Virus record (IMG/VR): IMGVR_UViG_2711768134_000006
DNA: 64,000 nt
Direction: 5' to 3' (one strand)
From: an uncultured virus (IMG/VR IMGVR_UViG_2711768134_000006)
Lineage: Duplodnaviria; Heunggongvirae; Uroviricota; Caudoviricetes
A model generated the notes under the pieces. That model was not told the DNA's origin. It ran no database searches and saw only the letters and a list, made by a program, of their open reading frames with translations. Made by a program: the position numbers and the translations under genes. This document shows, piece by piece, positions 38,347-49,394 of the stretch (position 1 is the stretch's first letter; each line of letters starts with the position of its first letter).

Positions 38347-39799
38347 AAAAGATTATACTTTAGACCAAATAAAGTACTTAAATGAACAATTAAGACAAAG
38401 AAATTATGCAATGATAGAAAACACTATAAATCTATCAAATGAAATGTATAAGATAAGAAATATAAGTAGAGACCAAGTAAGAAAAGCTATGACAGACCCT
38501 TACAAAAACGTAGAATTACTACAAAAGGTAAGTCTTTTGCTTAAAGAAACATCCGGTACATATAAAAGAATTCTAAATATGATTTCAACCATGAATACAT
38601 TTGACCATTATATTATACCAATAAATATTTCTAAATTTAAAGATAAAAATGATTATGTCAACTCTTTTTTTAAGTCAGCTGCACTTCTAAAAAAATATCA
38701 ACTTAAACATATTTGTCCTTGGATAACTGAAAAAGTGTTAGAACAAGGAGAAATATATCTATATAAAATTGAAGATTCAAAATGCATAATGATGCAACAA
38801 ATACCAGCCTCTTATTGTACAATAACATCTAAAGTAAATGGAGTATTAAGGTATGGAATTGATTTACGAAAAATAAATAAAAAGACTCTATCAGCATTTC
38901 CAATAGAAGTTCAAGAAGCATATAAAAAATTGAATGATGGAAGATTAAAAAAAGAAGACTTAATAGAAAATAAGTATTATGAATTAAGTGATAATGCTGT
39001 GGCATTTAATATAGATATTGATTCGACAAAAGGAATACCATTTTTTAGTTTTTTATTTGATGATATCCTGGAACTCGAAGATATGAAAGATTTAAAGGGT
39101 TCTAATGCTATCATTGAAAGCATTAAGTTAATACATGGGAAAGTTCCTTATGGTAAAGATGGTGAGCCACTAGTTGCTTTTGATTTATTAAGTGCTTACT
39201 ACCATGATATAAAATCAAACTTACCAGCTGGTACATCTGTAGCAGTAACCCCACTAGATATGGAAGGAATTAATCTAAGTGATGGAAAATCAAAGATTAA
39301 TGATTATGTTAAAGAAGCAAAAGAATTTATATTTGATAACGCTGGAATTAATACAGCTCTTTTTAACTCAGATAAAATAAATACAGAATCAATTGCAGAT
39401 GGTGTTATAGCAGATAGTTTAATACCAATGAGGATTCAAAATGAAATAGAGACATGGATAAATTATGAACTAAATAAAAAGAACTCATCAAAAGCATTCC
39501 AACTTTACTTTGTTGGTACAACTCATTTTAACCAATCTAAAATATCACAACAACTTAGAGAAAATATAAATAGTGTAGGAGATAGTAGAACAGTATATTT
39601 AGCTAGTACTGGAAAAGAGCCAATTGAAATTGCTAATTTATATAAGGCAGAACAATTAATGGAAATAGATGATTTATTGCCAGTTAAACAGGCTTCATAT
39701 ACATTTTCAAATAATGATGTTGGAAGACCTACTAATGAAGACAAAGGTGATGGTGGTACAAATGGAAATAAAACAGATAGAAAAGATGAAAACAAATAA
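38315..39799 (+). CDS. Portal protein
   Basis: 494 aa following TerL; GGAGG RBS; GRP C-terminal tail. Confidence 0.75.
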   Translation: METIIELKGDKKDYTLDQIKYLNEQLRQRNYAMIENTINLSNEMYKIRNISRDQVRKAMTDPYKNVELLQKVSLLLKETSGTYKRILNMISTMNTFDHYIIPINISKFKDKNDYVNSFFKSAALLKKYQLKHICPWITEKVLEQGEIYLYKIEDSKCIMMQQIPASYCTITSKVNGVLRYGIDLRKINKKTLSAFPIEVQEAYKKLNDGRLKKEDLIENKYYELSDNAVAFNIDIDSTKGIPFFSFLFDDILELEDMKDLKGSNAIIESIKLIHGKVPYGKDGEPLVAFDLLSAYYHDIKSNLPAGTSVAVTPLDMEGINLSDGKSKINDYVKEAKEFIFDNAGINTALFNSDKINTESIADGVIADSLIPMRIQNEIETWINYELNKKNSSKAFQLYFVGTTHFNQSKISQQLRENINSVGDSRTVYLASTGKEPIEIANLYKAEQLMEIDDLLPVKQASYTFSNNDVGRPTNEDKGDGGTNGNKTDRKDENK

Positions 39800-39989
39800 T
39801 AAAAGGTTTATTATTGCATTTACAAGTGATAAAAAAGACGAATTAATGAAAAAAGGATTTGCTTTTATTAACAAAAATAAATGTGGAGAAGAATCATTTT
39901 ATTTATTTGAAAATAAGCCTGATGAGATACTTAATTTTAGTAAGGAAGATTTTAAAGATATAGGTTTTAGCGATGTAATGTTTGTTTAA
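39786..39989 (+). CDS. Small hypothetical protein
   Basis: MKTNNKRFIIAF...; between portal and protease. Confidence 0.6.
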   Translation: MKTNNKRFIIAFTSDKKDELMKKGFAFINKNKCGEESFYLFENKPDEILNFSKEDFKDIGFSDVMFV

Positions 39990-40001
39990 GGAGGTGAGAG
40001 A

Positions 40002-41384
40002 TTGAAAGTAGTTAGTATTCCATGTGGATTTGAGACATTTTCTAATGAAGAGGATGATAGAAAATTAAATGTAAAATTAAAGATTTTACATGAAGGTAAA
40101 AATTTAAATAAAACTAAGTTTAATTTGTCAACTATAAATGAAGCGGAATCAACTTTATCAGATATACCAATACTTGGATATATAAAATATGATGAAGAAC
40201 AAAATGTGGTAGATTTTGATGAGCATAATATGATAACTAAAGTTGTAAAGGATGATAATGGTTATTCTATAGAGTATAAATTCTTAGAAAGACCACTTGG
40301 TGTAATTCCAAATAATACAGAGATAACTTATACAGAAGAAGATGGAAAGACATATTTAAACTGTACAGGACTTATTTGGAAGCATTATTCTAATTCAGCA
40401 TATCAATTATTGACAGAGTCAAAGTCAAAAAGTGTAAGTATGGAAATAGCAGTTGAAGATGGAGAAGTTGATAAAGCTGATGGTTATTATAATATTAAAA
40501 AATTTAGTTTTTTAGGAATTACTATTTTAGGAGATGATGTTGCTCCTGGAATTGAAGGGGCATCTATAAATACATATAGTAATTTTTCAAAATATAAAAA
40601 AGCAATCTATGATATTTGCAAAGAAATGTATTCATTTAAAGGGAAGGAGGAAAATGTATTGGATAAAAAGAAAAATGATTTATTATCAATAGAAGAAATA
40701 GATACTTCTATTAATAGTCAATTAAAAAATAAGATGGTTGAGGTTGAAGACCCTTACTGGGGAGGTAAATACACAGCTAGAGAATATTATTTAAGAACTA
40801 TTCTCCCTGAAGAAAAAATAGCTATATTAGAAGACAATATAAATTATTGTAATTATTATGGTGTACCATATTCTATAGATGGAGATGATGTTGTTTTAGA
40901 TTATGAAAACAGAAAATCATATATAGAAGAATGGAGAGAGAAAAAAGAAGGAGAAGTTATAGAAACTTTTTCTAAAGAAGATACTTTAAAAGAATTAGTT
41001 CTTGAAAAGTTTAATGAAAAAGAGATTGAAATAAAAAATCTGACTGAAGAGTTGGAAAGTTTAAGAAAATTTAAGGCTGACAAAGAAATGGAAGAATATA
41101 AAGTAGAAGTTTCTAGTGTTATCTCAGAATTTAATTCTTTAACAGAAGAGGAAGTTAAGACTTTTAAAGAATCTGCTATAAAGAAAGAGATATCTTTAGA
41201 AGATTTAAGAAAAGAGTTGAGTTTACTTGATTATGCTAAGTTAAAAGAAAATACAAAGAAATTTAATTCTGATAAGGAACTTATAGTTGAAGAAGCAAAA
41301 ATAAATTATTCATCTACATTAGAAGATGAAAATAAAGATACAAAATCATATGAACAAATATTAAGAAAACACTCAAATAAGTAG
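40002..41384 (+). CDS. Prohead protease / scaffold
   Basis: HEGKNLN, SVSMEI, GITILG..V.PG; acidic coiled-coil C-terminus. Confidence 0.7.
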   Translation: MKVVSIPCGFETFSNEEDDRKLNVKLKILHEGKNLNKTKFNLSTINEAESTLSDIPILGYIKYDEEQNVVDFDEHNMITKVVKDDNGYSIEYKFLERPLGVIPNNTEITYTEEDGKTYLNCTGLIWKHYSNSAYQLLTESKSKSVSMEIAVEDGEVDKADGYYNIKKFSFLGITILGDDVAPGIEGASINTYSNFSKYKKAIYDICKEMYSFKGKEENVLDKKKNDLLSIEEIDTSINSQLKNKMVEVEDPYWGGKYTAREYYLRTILPEEKIAILEDNINYCNYYGVPYSIDGDDVVLDYENRKSYIEEWREKKEGEVIETFSKEDTLKELVLEKFNEKEIEIKNLTEELESLRKFKADKEMEEYKVEVSSVISEFNSLTEEEVKTFKESAIKKEISLEDLRKELSLLDYAKLKENTKKFNSDKELIVEEAKINYSSTLEDENKDTKSYEQILRKHSNK

Positions 41385-41425
41385 TGTTTATTTTTATGAA
41401 AAAAAATAAAAAAGGAGATATAAAA

Positions 41426-41884
41426 ATGGCAGATAAAGCGATATTAAATTGTGATATAGATAAATATCCAGATGTTGTAACAGCAAAGAATGGAAGTGAT
41501 GTACTAGAAAATGGCGCAATAGTTGCATTAGGTGGCTTAGTCGATTCAGAGCTAGGAAACGATTGTTATAAAATAGAAAGATTATCAGAAGGATGTAGAT
41601 TTGGAATTTTAGATAGTGTTGCACTTCAATATGATGAAAGATTGGATGAAAGAGATTATGAATTAAAAGCAAGTGAAATAGATAGAGTTAGATTACCTCA
41701 TAAGGGGTTATGTATGACATTAGCTAAAAAACATTTTGATGGTGTAGTAGCTGTTGGTGATGAATTGGAACTTAAGGCAGATACCTATAAGTTGACAAAA
41801 AAAACTACAGGTTTAGTAGTTGCAAGAGTTGAAGAGTTATATAACTTTAATGGACAAGATTCTGTATATGTATCTTTTATGTAA
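41426..41884 (+). CDS. Head decoration/cement-like protein
   Basis: LENG motif; position before MCP. Confidence 0.6.
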   Translation: MADKAILNCDIDKYPDVVTAKNGSDVLENGAIVALGGLVDSELGNDCYKIERLSEGCRFGILDSVALQYDERLDERDYELKASEIDRVRLPHKGLCMTLAKKHFDGVVAVGDELELKADTYKLTKKTTGLVVARVEELYNFNGQDSVYVSFM

Positions 41885-41953
41885 TAACAAGTAGATGAAC
41901 TGGAAACAGTTCTTTTTTTATGCAAAAAATGACTAATGAAAGGTGGAAAAAAG

Positions 41954-42925
41954 ATGGCTATAGATATAATAGCATTAAAAGATTTATCAAATGATATATT
42001 AAATAGAAAAGTAAAAAATTATTCTCAATGCGAAGATGCATTAAGAAAAGAAATAATAGATATATGTGGAGGTGAATGGGGACAATATACGTTCTTTGAA
42101 AATAAATATAAGATATTCCAGATATTATCTGAAACAATAACTGATAAAGTAAATAGATTAACTGAAGAAGCATTTTCAGATTTTTGTGATGTAGAAAACT
42201 TTGATTTGGGTAATAAAAAAGAATTTACAGTTAAAAATACTGATTTATTAAGGATTGCAAATATAGCTGAAGGTAAAAACAGTACAAGAAGACAAAGATT
42301 ATTAGGAAAAAAAGTTCCTACATCTGTATTTAAATTAGCAATTGCTATATATGAAGAATTTGATAGATTTATAACTGGAAGAATAGACTGGTCTGAAATG
42401 GTAGATAGAGTATCTTCTACATTCCAACATCATATAGCAGAGGCAATAGCATCTACTATGGAAGGAGCTTATACATCTGTACATACTAATTTAAAAACTA
42501 GTGCTGCTTATTCAGATAAGGATTTAAAGAAAATAGTTAATAAAGTAAAAGGTGCTACTGGACAGTCTGTTGCTATATATGGAACTCCAGAGGCAGTAGG
42601 AAACATAGAAGGTGTTGGAGCTGATTTAGATAAAGATGACAAGAGAAACTTTGGATATGTTAAAAACTTTAGTGGAACACCAGTAATAGAATTACCTAAT
42701 TATTATGATGTTGAAAGAGATAAATGGGCATTAAGCAATAATATTTTATATGTTATACCAAATGATGAGAAGATAATTAAATTAGGTTTTGAAGGTAATA
42801 CATTAATAATAGAAAACACTGATGGAACAATTAGAGATGACCAACAAATAGAAATGTTCATGTCAAGAAAAATGCATCTAGGAGTTGTTGTGGCATCTAA
42901 ATTTGGCATGTATAAGATACAATAA
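41954..42925 (+). CDS. Major capsid protein
   Basis: ~323 aa; synteny; GTPVIELP-like motif. Confidence 0.75.
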   Translation: MAIDIIALKDLSNDILNRKVKNYSQCEDALRKEIIDICGGEWGQYTFFENKYKIFQILSETITDKVNRLTEEAFSDFCDVENFDLGNKKEFTVKNTDLLRIANIAEGKNSTRRQRLLGKKVPTSVFKLAIAIYEEFDRFITGRIDWSEMVDRVSSTFQHHIAEAIASTMEGAYTSVHTNLKTSAAYSDKDLKKIVNKVKGATGQSVAIYGTPEAVGNIEGVGADLDKDDKRNFGYVKNFSGTPVIELPNYYDVERDKWALSNNILYVIPNDEKIIKLGFEGNTLIIENTDGTIRDDQQIEMFMSRKMHLGVVVASKFGMYKIQ

Positions 42926-42951
42926 CATTATAATTAGAAGGGAGATTAAAA

Positions 42952-43545
42952 ATGGCTGGAAAAGCAAAAAAAGAGGTTTCAAATGAAATTGAACAAATTA
43001 ATGAAAATAAAATATTGCAAAAGAAGAGTTCAAGAAAAACATATAAACAATTGAGAAGTGAATTAAGGAAACTTAAAGATGAAATAGAAGTTGAGATAAT
43101 GAACTTAGATACTGGTACTGTTCTTTATAGAGATAGAGATGAAAGACTAATATTTGAAATGAATAAAGCTGGAGAAAAAACATTTATATTATTGTCTGAT
43201 TTATATGAGATATCAAATAAACATAGAGGGTATTTTGAAAACTATCTTATAACTATAATTGATGTTGATAGTGATGATTATACTGTTGAAGATATATTAG
43301 AATATTTAAACTTAAAGGATATGTATGAGTATTTAGATGAATATGATTTAGACTATATAAATCATATATTATTAAAATTAGATAATGATAAGTTTGTTAA
43401 TCTAGTAGAAAAAGCTAATTATGGTTTGATAGAGTGCTTAGGTTCAAGGGTAATCGAATTATATAAAAAGGGTAAATTTGATTCTCACTATAAAGAACGT
43501 TTAATAGCTACTAGACTAGGTTTACAAAGCTTATTTGAGGACTAA
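42952..43545 (+). CDS. Hypothetical protein (head module)
   Basis: Synteny. Confidence 0.6.
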   Translation: MAGKAKKEVSNEIEQINENKILQKKSSRKTYKQLRSELRKLKDEIEVEIMNLDTGTVLYRDRDERLIFEMNKAGEKTFILLSDLYEISNKHRGYFENYLITIIDVDSDDYTVEDILEYLNLKDMYEYLDEYDLDYINHILLKLDNDKFVNLVEKANYGLIECLGSRVIELYKKGKFDSHYKERLIATRLGLQSLFED

Positions 43546-43591
43546 GGTGGTGTTATAACATCACCTATTTTGTTGAAAGAGTGGTGATGAT

Positions 43592-44227
43592 ATGGCTACA
43601 CCAGTAAAAGATATATATAAACAATTTCTTTCTTTAATAAATGATGAGGAGATGCTATTACTTGAAGAAGAAATAATTGAGGATATGATGTATTCATATC
43701 TTCAAAAGGCTACATTTGATTTTTATGAGTGTAGAAAAGATTTATCTATAATAGGGCAAAAAGAATATTGTATTACAATTCCAATAAATCAATCAGAATA
43801 TGTTGTTAATCAAGTTAATAAAAACCATGATATTTATTTAGTTGGTAAATCTACAAATAAAGAATATGAAGTCAATAGAGATTATACTGTAGAGTTTAAA
43901 GAAGAAGACTGTATAATAACCTTTGAAACAGAAACAGAGGAAGAAATCTTATTTAAGAGTAAATATCTAGGAGAAATAATTTCAGACCTTAATTTAGATG
44001 AAATAATTATATTAGCTTATGGAATGATGGTTTGGTGGCTTCAACCTAAGATTCTTAGAGAAGAAAATTTAAAACAGATGTTAACTGACTCAGATTATAA
44101 TACTAAGTCTGGTGCTAATATGTTAGCAAAACTTTGTTTATTAGAAGTTCAAATTAGAGAGCAACTTGCTAAATACAAGACAAGATATGTATATAAAGGT
44201 TTTAAAGGTTGGGATAAAATTGAGTAG
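43592..44227 (+). CDS. Putative head-tail adaptor
   Basis: Synteny; size. Confidence 0.5.
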   Translation: MATPVKDIYKQFLSLINDEEMLLLEEEIIEDMMYSYLQKATFDFYECRKDLSIIGQKEYCITIPINQSEYVVNQVNKNHDIYLVGKSTNKEYEVNRDYTVEFKEEDCIITFETETEEEILFKSKYLGEIISDLNLDEIIILAYGMMVWWLQPKILREENLKQMLTDSDYNTKSGANMLAKLCLLEVQIREQLAKYKTRYVYKGFKGWDKIE

Positions 44228-45212
44228 TTATATTAATAATTATAAAAAAAGAATTGGACTAGGATGTTCAACACCTAAAAAAAAAAGAATATTACAACTA
44301 AGATTAAGTTTTAAGAAATATTTAAAAGAAACACCAACCTGTATTGAAGTTCCTATAACTGATATAGATGAAGTTTGTATAACAGAAGATACTAAAAAAG
44401 CTGTAGTTTCAATTAATGATATAACTAATAATGATAAAAGAGCTTTAGATGAAAAAAATCTATTAGTTGAATCTGATTTAAATGTAGATGTGGGTTGCTA
44501 TCTTTTCTATGATAATTGTTATTGGTTAACTATATTTAAAGAACATAAAGAAATGGATACATATAAACATTTCATAATAAAAAGATGCAATCAATTCTTT
44601 AATTATAAATATAAAGGTCAGATGTATAAAATCCCTATAGCTGTTGAAAATTTAACCTTATATTCTGATGGTATGGCAGATAATAAATATACTTCTATCT
44701 CAGATACAAAAAGACAACTTTATTTTGGAAGTAATCCTGTCACTAAAACTATAGATATTGACACTAGAATAATGTTAACTGGTAAAACTGTATTTAGAGT
44801 TACTAGTATTAATGACTTTGAGTATAATGGCAGAGAAACAGGAGCAGATGGTCTTATTAAAGCTATTTGTTTACAAGATGCATTGATTTCAAAAGATGAT
44901 ACAGTAAATAATATAGCTTGGAATGATTTATCTGAAAATGATAGTGTAATTATTCCTTTCAGTAAGATTATAGGGGATGGATTTATTAATCTAGGTGAAG
45001 AAAATGAATACAGAATAGACCATTCTCAAGGAGTTAAATGGCTCTTAGACAAGCAATACAGATATTGTGATATAATTTATCAAGATGAGAAAAGATGTGT
45101 CATACAGGCTAATACATTGGCTAAGTATTCTGGCTTAGAAGCCTTGCTATTGGCTAAAGATAAAGATACAAATGAAATAATAGATACTAAAAAAATAACA
45201 ATAAGGGGGTAA
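44220..45212 (+). CDS. Putative head-closure/neck protein
   Basis: Synteny; TTG start overlapping the previous stop. Confidence 0.5.
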   Translation: MSSYINNYKKRIGLGCSTPKKKRILQLRLSFKKYLKETPTCIEVPITDIDEVCITEDTKKAVVSINDITNNDKRALDEKNLLVESDLNVDVGCYLFYDNCYWLTIFKEHKEMDTYKHFIIKRCNQFFNYKYKGQMYKIPIAVENLTLYSDGMADNKYTSISDTKRQLYFGSNPVTKTIDIDTRIMLTGKTVFRVTSINDFEYNGRETGADGLIKAICLQDALISKDDTVNNIAWNDLSENDSVIIPFSKIIGDGFINLGEENEYRIDHSQGVKWLLDKQYRYCDIIYQDEKRCVIQANTLAKYSGLEALLLAKDKDTNEIIDTKKITIRG

Positions 45213-45226
45213 ATATATGGGTCTAT

Positions 45227-45721
45227 ATGGCTTTCCCTAACAAGATGATAAGTAATATAGGAACAACTCTAATGTCAAATCAAGACTTTGCTAAATTTAT
45301 GATTTATAATGATGAATCCCAAAAAGATATTTTGTCCATGCCTGATATAAAAAATCCTGTTAAAGAGCTTAGAAATAAAAAAGTATTTCTAAATAGAAGA
45401 GTAGAAAAAGTATTAAAAGAAGCAGATATTTCAGTTTTTATAATAATGGCAGAGTATAGACCATGTACTACTGGAAGTAGAGAAATTAAAAAAACAAAGA
45501 TAGAAATTGGTGTTGTTTGTCATGATGAATGTCAAGATACAGCAAATGGCTTAAGAGATGTTGCATTAGTATGTTGTATAGTTGATATTATAACTCAAAA
45601 TGAGGAAATAGCTGGTATAGGTAAGATTAAGTTAGAAAATGTATATCAAATGTATAATTTAAGTACTGATTATAACGGATTTGTTATAACTGTATCTGCT
45701 GAAAGTTTTGGTGATATGTAA
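45227..45721 (+). CDS. Putative tail terminator/neck protein
   Basis: Synteny. Confidence 0.45.
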   Translation: MAFPNKMISNIGTTLMSNQDFAKFMIYNDESQKDILSMPDIKNPVKELRNKKVFLNRRVEKVLKEADISVFIIMAEYRPCTTGSREIKKTKIEIGVVCHDECQDTANGLRDVALVCCIVDIITQNEEIAGIGKIKLENVYQMYNLSTDYNGFVITVSAESFGDM

Positions 45722-46524
45722 TGTTAGAGAATTATTATATTACAGGATTACCAATTAAACTAAGTGAAATATTAGGAACTGTATATCAACCCACTATTGA
45801 AGAGCTTATTAAACTGGATATGGCTAATTTAGAAATGGTAAATCCATTTTTAGTACTTGAAAAGAGCTATTCTCAGTTATGTAACGAGGAATCCTTTGAA
45901 TTAAAATGTAAATATGACACTATACCCATATTGGATTTAATGATGTTGACATCAAGAAAAGATTCTTCAGAGAAAGTTGAATTACTTAGTGATAAGATAA
46001 AAAAATCTTTATCTATATTATATAAAACTGATATTAGAAATATTGAGTATATGAATAATATTAAAATTGGTATTTTAATTAAATTTGATGATAAAAAGAA
46101 AAATGCTTTTATAAGTAGAGAGGATTTTGGACTAGTATCAGATTTGATTTTAGAGATGTTTTGTATTGATAAAAAGAATTTATTTAAAGATGATGAAGAT
46201 AAGTGGATTGAAAATACTGGCTCTGAAAGAGAAAAACAGTTGATTGCACACTTTAAAGAGAAGGAAAGAAAGAAAAGAGAAAAAGAAGCATACCATTTAT
46301 GTGATTATATAAATATAGTTCAAAATATAAATGGATATATAGAAATAGATGTGATTTTAAAAATGACTTATTGGCAATTAATTAATGTTTATAAGACTAA
46401 GATACAATTTAAAAACTATAATGAAAGTTTAGGCTATGCATGGTCATTTAAATATCAAACAGATATGGATAAAATGAAGCATTGGTCTAAAGAGATAAAA
46501 ATACCACTTAGCACTGTTAAATAG
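45721..46524 (+). CDS. Hypothetical tail-module protein
   Basis: Synteny; ILKMTYWQL chaperone-like end. Confidence 0.5.
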   Translation: MLENYYITGLPIKLSEILGTVYQPTIEELIKLDMANLEMVNPFLVLEKSYSQLCNEESFELKCKYDTIPILDLMMLTSRKDSSEKVELLSDKIKKSLSILYKTDIRNIEYMNNIKIGILIKFDDKKKNAFISREDFGLVSDLILEMFCIDKKNLFKDDEDKWIENTGSEREKQLIAHFKEKERKKREKEAYHLCDYINIVQNINGYIEIDVILKMTYWQLINVYKTKIQFKNYNESLGYAWSFKYQTDMDKMKHWSKEIKIPLSTVK

Positions 46525-46568
46525 CAGTGCTATTTTTTATGCAAAAAATGAGAGGATGATTTTATAAT

Positions 46569-47387
46569 ATGAAAAGATTTGCAGTGAAAGATGCAGGTAA
46601 TGTAATAGTAAAAAATAAAGTAACAGGAGAAGTATTGTTTTATTCACAGGATTTAAATGCTTTTAATTTTAAGATGGATTCAGAATCAGTTTATGCAAAA
46701 GCTAAAGGTGCAAATACAATAGCTTTTGATGGAGCAATAACAGCAAGTTTAACAATGGAACAAGAAGTAATACAAATGGCACAATTAGCGATGTTATTAT
46801 CTTCTGATATAGATGAGAAAACTGCAAAGGTTGGGAAAAGAAAAGTATTAACATCTGATAGTACTAAGAAAGTTACTTTAGAAAATATAAAGCCAGTTGC
46901 AAATAGCATATCTGTATATAGTATAGAAAGTGATGGAATATCTATAATTAAAAAATTACAATTCACTTCATCAGTTACAGGAGCTAATACAGAAATAACA
47001 ATATCTACAGCCGATTTTAATGCGGGAGATAAAGTAGCAGTATTCTATTTAGAAGAAATACCAAAAGCAAAAGTTGTAAAAATAAAAGAAGAATCTACTG
47101 CACCAAATTACGTTGTAGAAGCTGAGGTAATGGTTAAAACTGTGGATGGTGAATATATGGTTTTATACATGAGTGTTCCAAATGCAAAAGCACAAAGAAG
47201 TATAGAGTTAAATCTTACTGCTGAGAATCCATCTGGATTTAATATGACATTAGATGTTTTACCAGATGAAAATAAAGAGTATGCTACATTCACATTTATA
47301 GGAGATGAAAATCTTAATCCTGCTAGAATGGCTTCAATGCTAGGTGTTGAATTAGAAGATGAAAAAGATACTAAACCTAAGAAATAG
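46569..47387 (+). CDS. Major tail tube protein
   Basis: Beta-rich 272 aa flanked by terminators; ...LTAENPSGFNMTLDVL. Confidence 0.7.
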   Translation: MKRFAVKDAGNVIVKNKVTGEVLFYSQDLNAFNFKMDSESVYAKAKGANTIAFDGAITASLTMEQEVIQMAQLAMLLSSDIDEKTAKVGKRKVLTSDSTKKVTLENIKPVANSISVYSIESDGISIIKKLQFTSSVTGANTEITISTADFNAGDKVAVFYLEEIPKAKVVKIKEESTAPNYVVEAEVMVKTVDGEYMVLYMSVPNAKAQRSIELNLTAENPSGFNMTLDVLPDENKEYATFTFIGDENLNPARMASMLGVELEDEKDTKPKK

Positions 47388-47389
47388 TA

Positions 47390-47425
47390 AAATGCCCTAC
47401 TCAAAAGAGTAGGGGTTATTTTTTT
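47390..47425 (+). terminator. Intrinsic terminator
   Basis: CCCTACTC-AAAA-GAGTAGGG followed by T run. Confidence 0.8.
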
Positions 47426-47484
47426 ACGTTTAAATCTGGTTTTAATCGGATTTGAACTTAAAAAAAATGAAAGAAGGTGATAAA

Positions 47485-48270
47485 GTGGTATTTTTAGATG
47501 ATAAGTTTTTATTTGATAATATTTCAAGTGAATCCATGAACATTAAATTAGTTACTTTAGGTGATGATGAAATACTAAATGAATATGGATTGCCCTACGA
47601 AGAAGCGATTAAATCTGATAGTACTTTTAATAAAAATCCTTGTTACTCAGAGGATGAAACTACTATTGAACCTATAACACTACAATTCTGTTTGTGTAGC
47701 GAACATGGGGAGGCTTATGAGTGGGATGACTATACGCTAGAAAACATATGTAATTGGTTTTGGCAGAGAGAATTTAAACCTTTTATCAGTTATGACAATA
47801 TAGAAGAAATATACTATCTCAAAGCGAGAAAGATAATAAAAAGATATACAAAAGATAAAAAAGGTGTATTAGAAATAGAGTTTCAACCATATACAAATTA
47901 TGCTTATAGAAGCTTTCAAAAAGTTATAACTGTCAAGGATACAAGGGAAATTAAACTAAATAATGTGTCTAATGTAGATGAAGAATATGCTCCAGTAATT
48001 GATATTGAATGTCTAAAAGAAGGAGATATAACTATTAGAAATTCTACTATCAGCGATAATGAAGAAGACAATTTAGTTATAAGTGGATTAGAATTAAATG
48101 AAAAAATAACAATAGATAATTTATACTATACTGTTTTAAATAGTTCTGGTGAGAATAGGTTTAATATTGTTAATAGAAAGTGGATTAGGTTAAGAAGAGG
48201 TGTAAATATATTGAAGTTTACTGGAAACTGTAAAGTTTCTATTAAGTGTAAATATCCAATAATAAAATAA
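47485..48270 (+). CDS. Distal tail (Dit)-like protein
   Basis: FQPY..Y...P.IDI...ITID...LRRGVN.LKF pattern. Confidence 0.6.
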   Translation: MVFLDDKFLFDNISSESMNIKLVTLGDDEILNEYGLPYEEAIKSDSTFNKNPCYSEDETTIEPITLQFCLCSEHGEAYEWDDYTLENICNWFWQREFKPFISYDNIEEIYYLKARKIIKRYTKDKKGVLEIEFQPYTNYAYRSFQKVITVKDTREIKLNNVSNVDEEYAPVIDIECLKEGDITIRNSTISDNEEDNLVISGLELNEKITIDNLYYTVLNSSGENRFNIVNRKWIRLRRGVNILKFTGNCKVSIKCKYPIIK

Positions 48271-48283
48271 GGGAGAGATAGAT

Positions 48284-48733
48284 ATGAATAAAATACAAGT
48301 AGATAAATTAATACAAGATGAAGTTAGGGCTATAATACCAATTATAGATGAGAATGGTAAAGAGGAATATATAGAAGTTAGAAATCCTGATAAGGAGACT
48401 AAAGAAGAGATATTAAATAAAATATGGGTTGGTATGGAGAATCCAGATTTAGCATTATCTCAAGAAGATATTCTTAAAATGTTAGTTGATAAGTTAACTA
48501 ATATAGAGTTAAATATTGATATACAAGATGTGATAGATGGTAATATATCTAGTGAGTTAGAAACTACGATGTATTACATAGGTCAAATAGAAAATGAATT
48601 AACTGCATCTTTATTAATGAACACTGATGTTAAGTTAGGTCAGATGAAGAATGAGATATTACAGGATAGAGTTTTAAAAGAAACTGAAGAAATTGAAAAG
48701 ATGAATAATATTAAAGATAAGGTAGTGAATTAG
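48284..48733 (+). CDS. Hypothetical protein (tail assembly chaperone?)
   Basis: Synteny. Confidence 0.5.
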   Translation: MNKIQVDKLIQDEVRAIIPIIDENGKEEYIEVRNPDKETKEEILNKIWVGMENPDLALSQEDILKMLVDKLTNIELNIDIQDVIDGNISSELETTMYYIGQIENELTASLLMNTDVKLGQMKNEILQDRVLKETEEIEKMNNIKDKVVN

Positions 48734-49171
48734 ATGGAATTTAAATCATTAGATGAACTAGTTGCCTATACAAAAAATAAGATTGCTGCATCTATGCCAG
48801 AAGTTGGAAAAGAAATGAAAGAGATAGTAAAAGGAGAAGTAAACAAACAAGTTTATTCTAATTACGCTCCATCACTTTATGATAGGACTTATGAATTGCT
48901 TAATGCAATAGATGTGTCTGAAATAACATCAAATTCTGTAGCTACAGAAATTAAAGATAGTGGGAGTTGGTTTGATATATATAGCAAAGCACATGCTTTT
49001 CCAATGGAGCGATTTGAAAATGGAGGCGTGTGGGGACATGGAAGTACTAAATATAACCCTGTATTTAGACCTAGAACAAATATAATGGAGGAAAGTAATT
49101 CTAAGGCACAAGAGAGAGTACCTAAGTGTTTTAAATCAACTATGAATAGATTGGGAGTGCCAATAGAATAG
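48734..49171 (+). CDS. HK97 gp10-like neck/tail-completion protein
   Basis: YDRTYELLNAI...E.GG...PRTNIME. Confidence 0.55.
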   Translation: MEFKSLDELVAYTKNKIAASMPEVGKEMKEIVKGEVNKQVYSNYAPSLYDRTYELLNAIDVSEITSNSVATEIKDSGSWFDIYSKAHAFPMERFENGGVWGHGSTKYNPVFRPRTNIMEESNSKAQERVPKCFKSTMNRLGVPIE

Positions 49172-49394
49172 TATAAAAGATTTCCTATGCACATTTTCTT
49201 AAAATAAATAAAATTTAAAAATATATTGTAAAAGATGAAAAAGTATGATACTATTTAAAAATAGAGAATTAATATGCTAATCATATTTTTAATGTATAAA
49301 TTATTGTGTTGATTCTAACAACTAAATAAAATGCAAAACAATAATTAAAAATATGAAAAATGATGGTTAAATTTTAGAAAAAGGAGATGTGCAT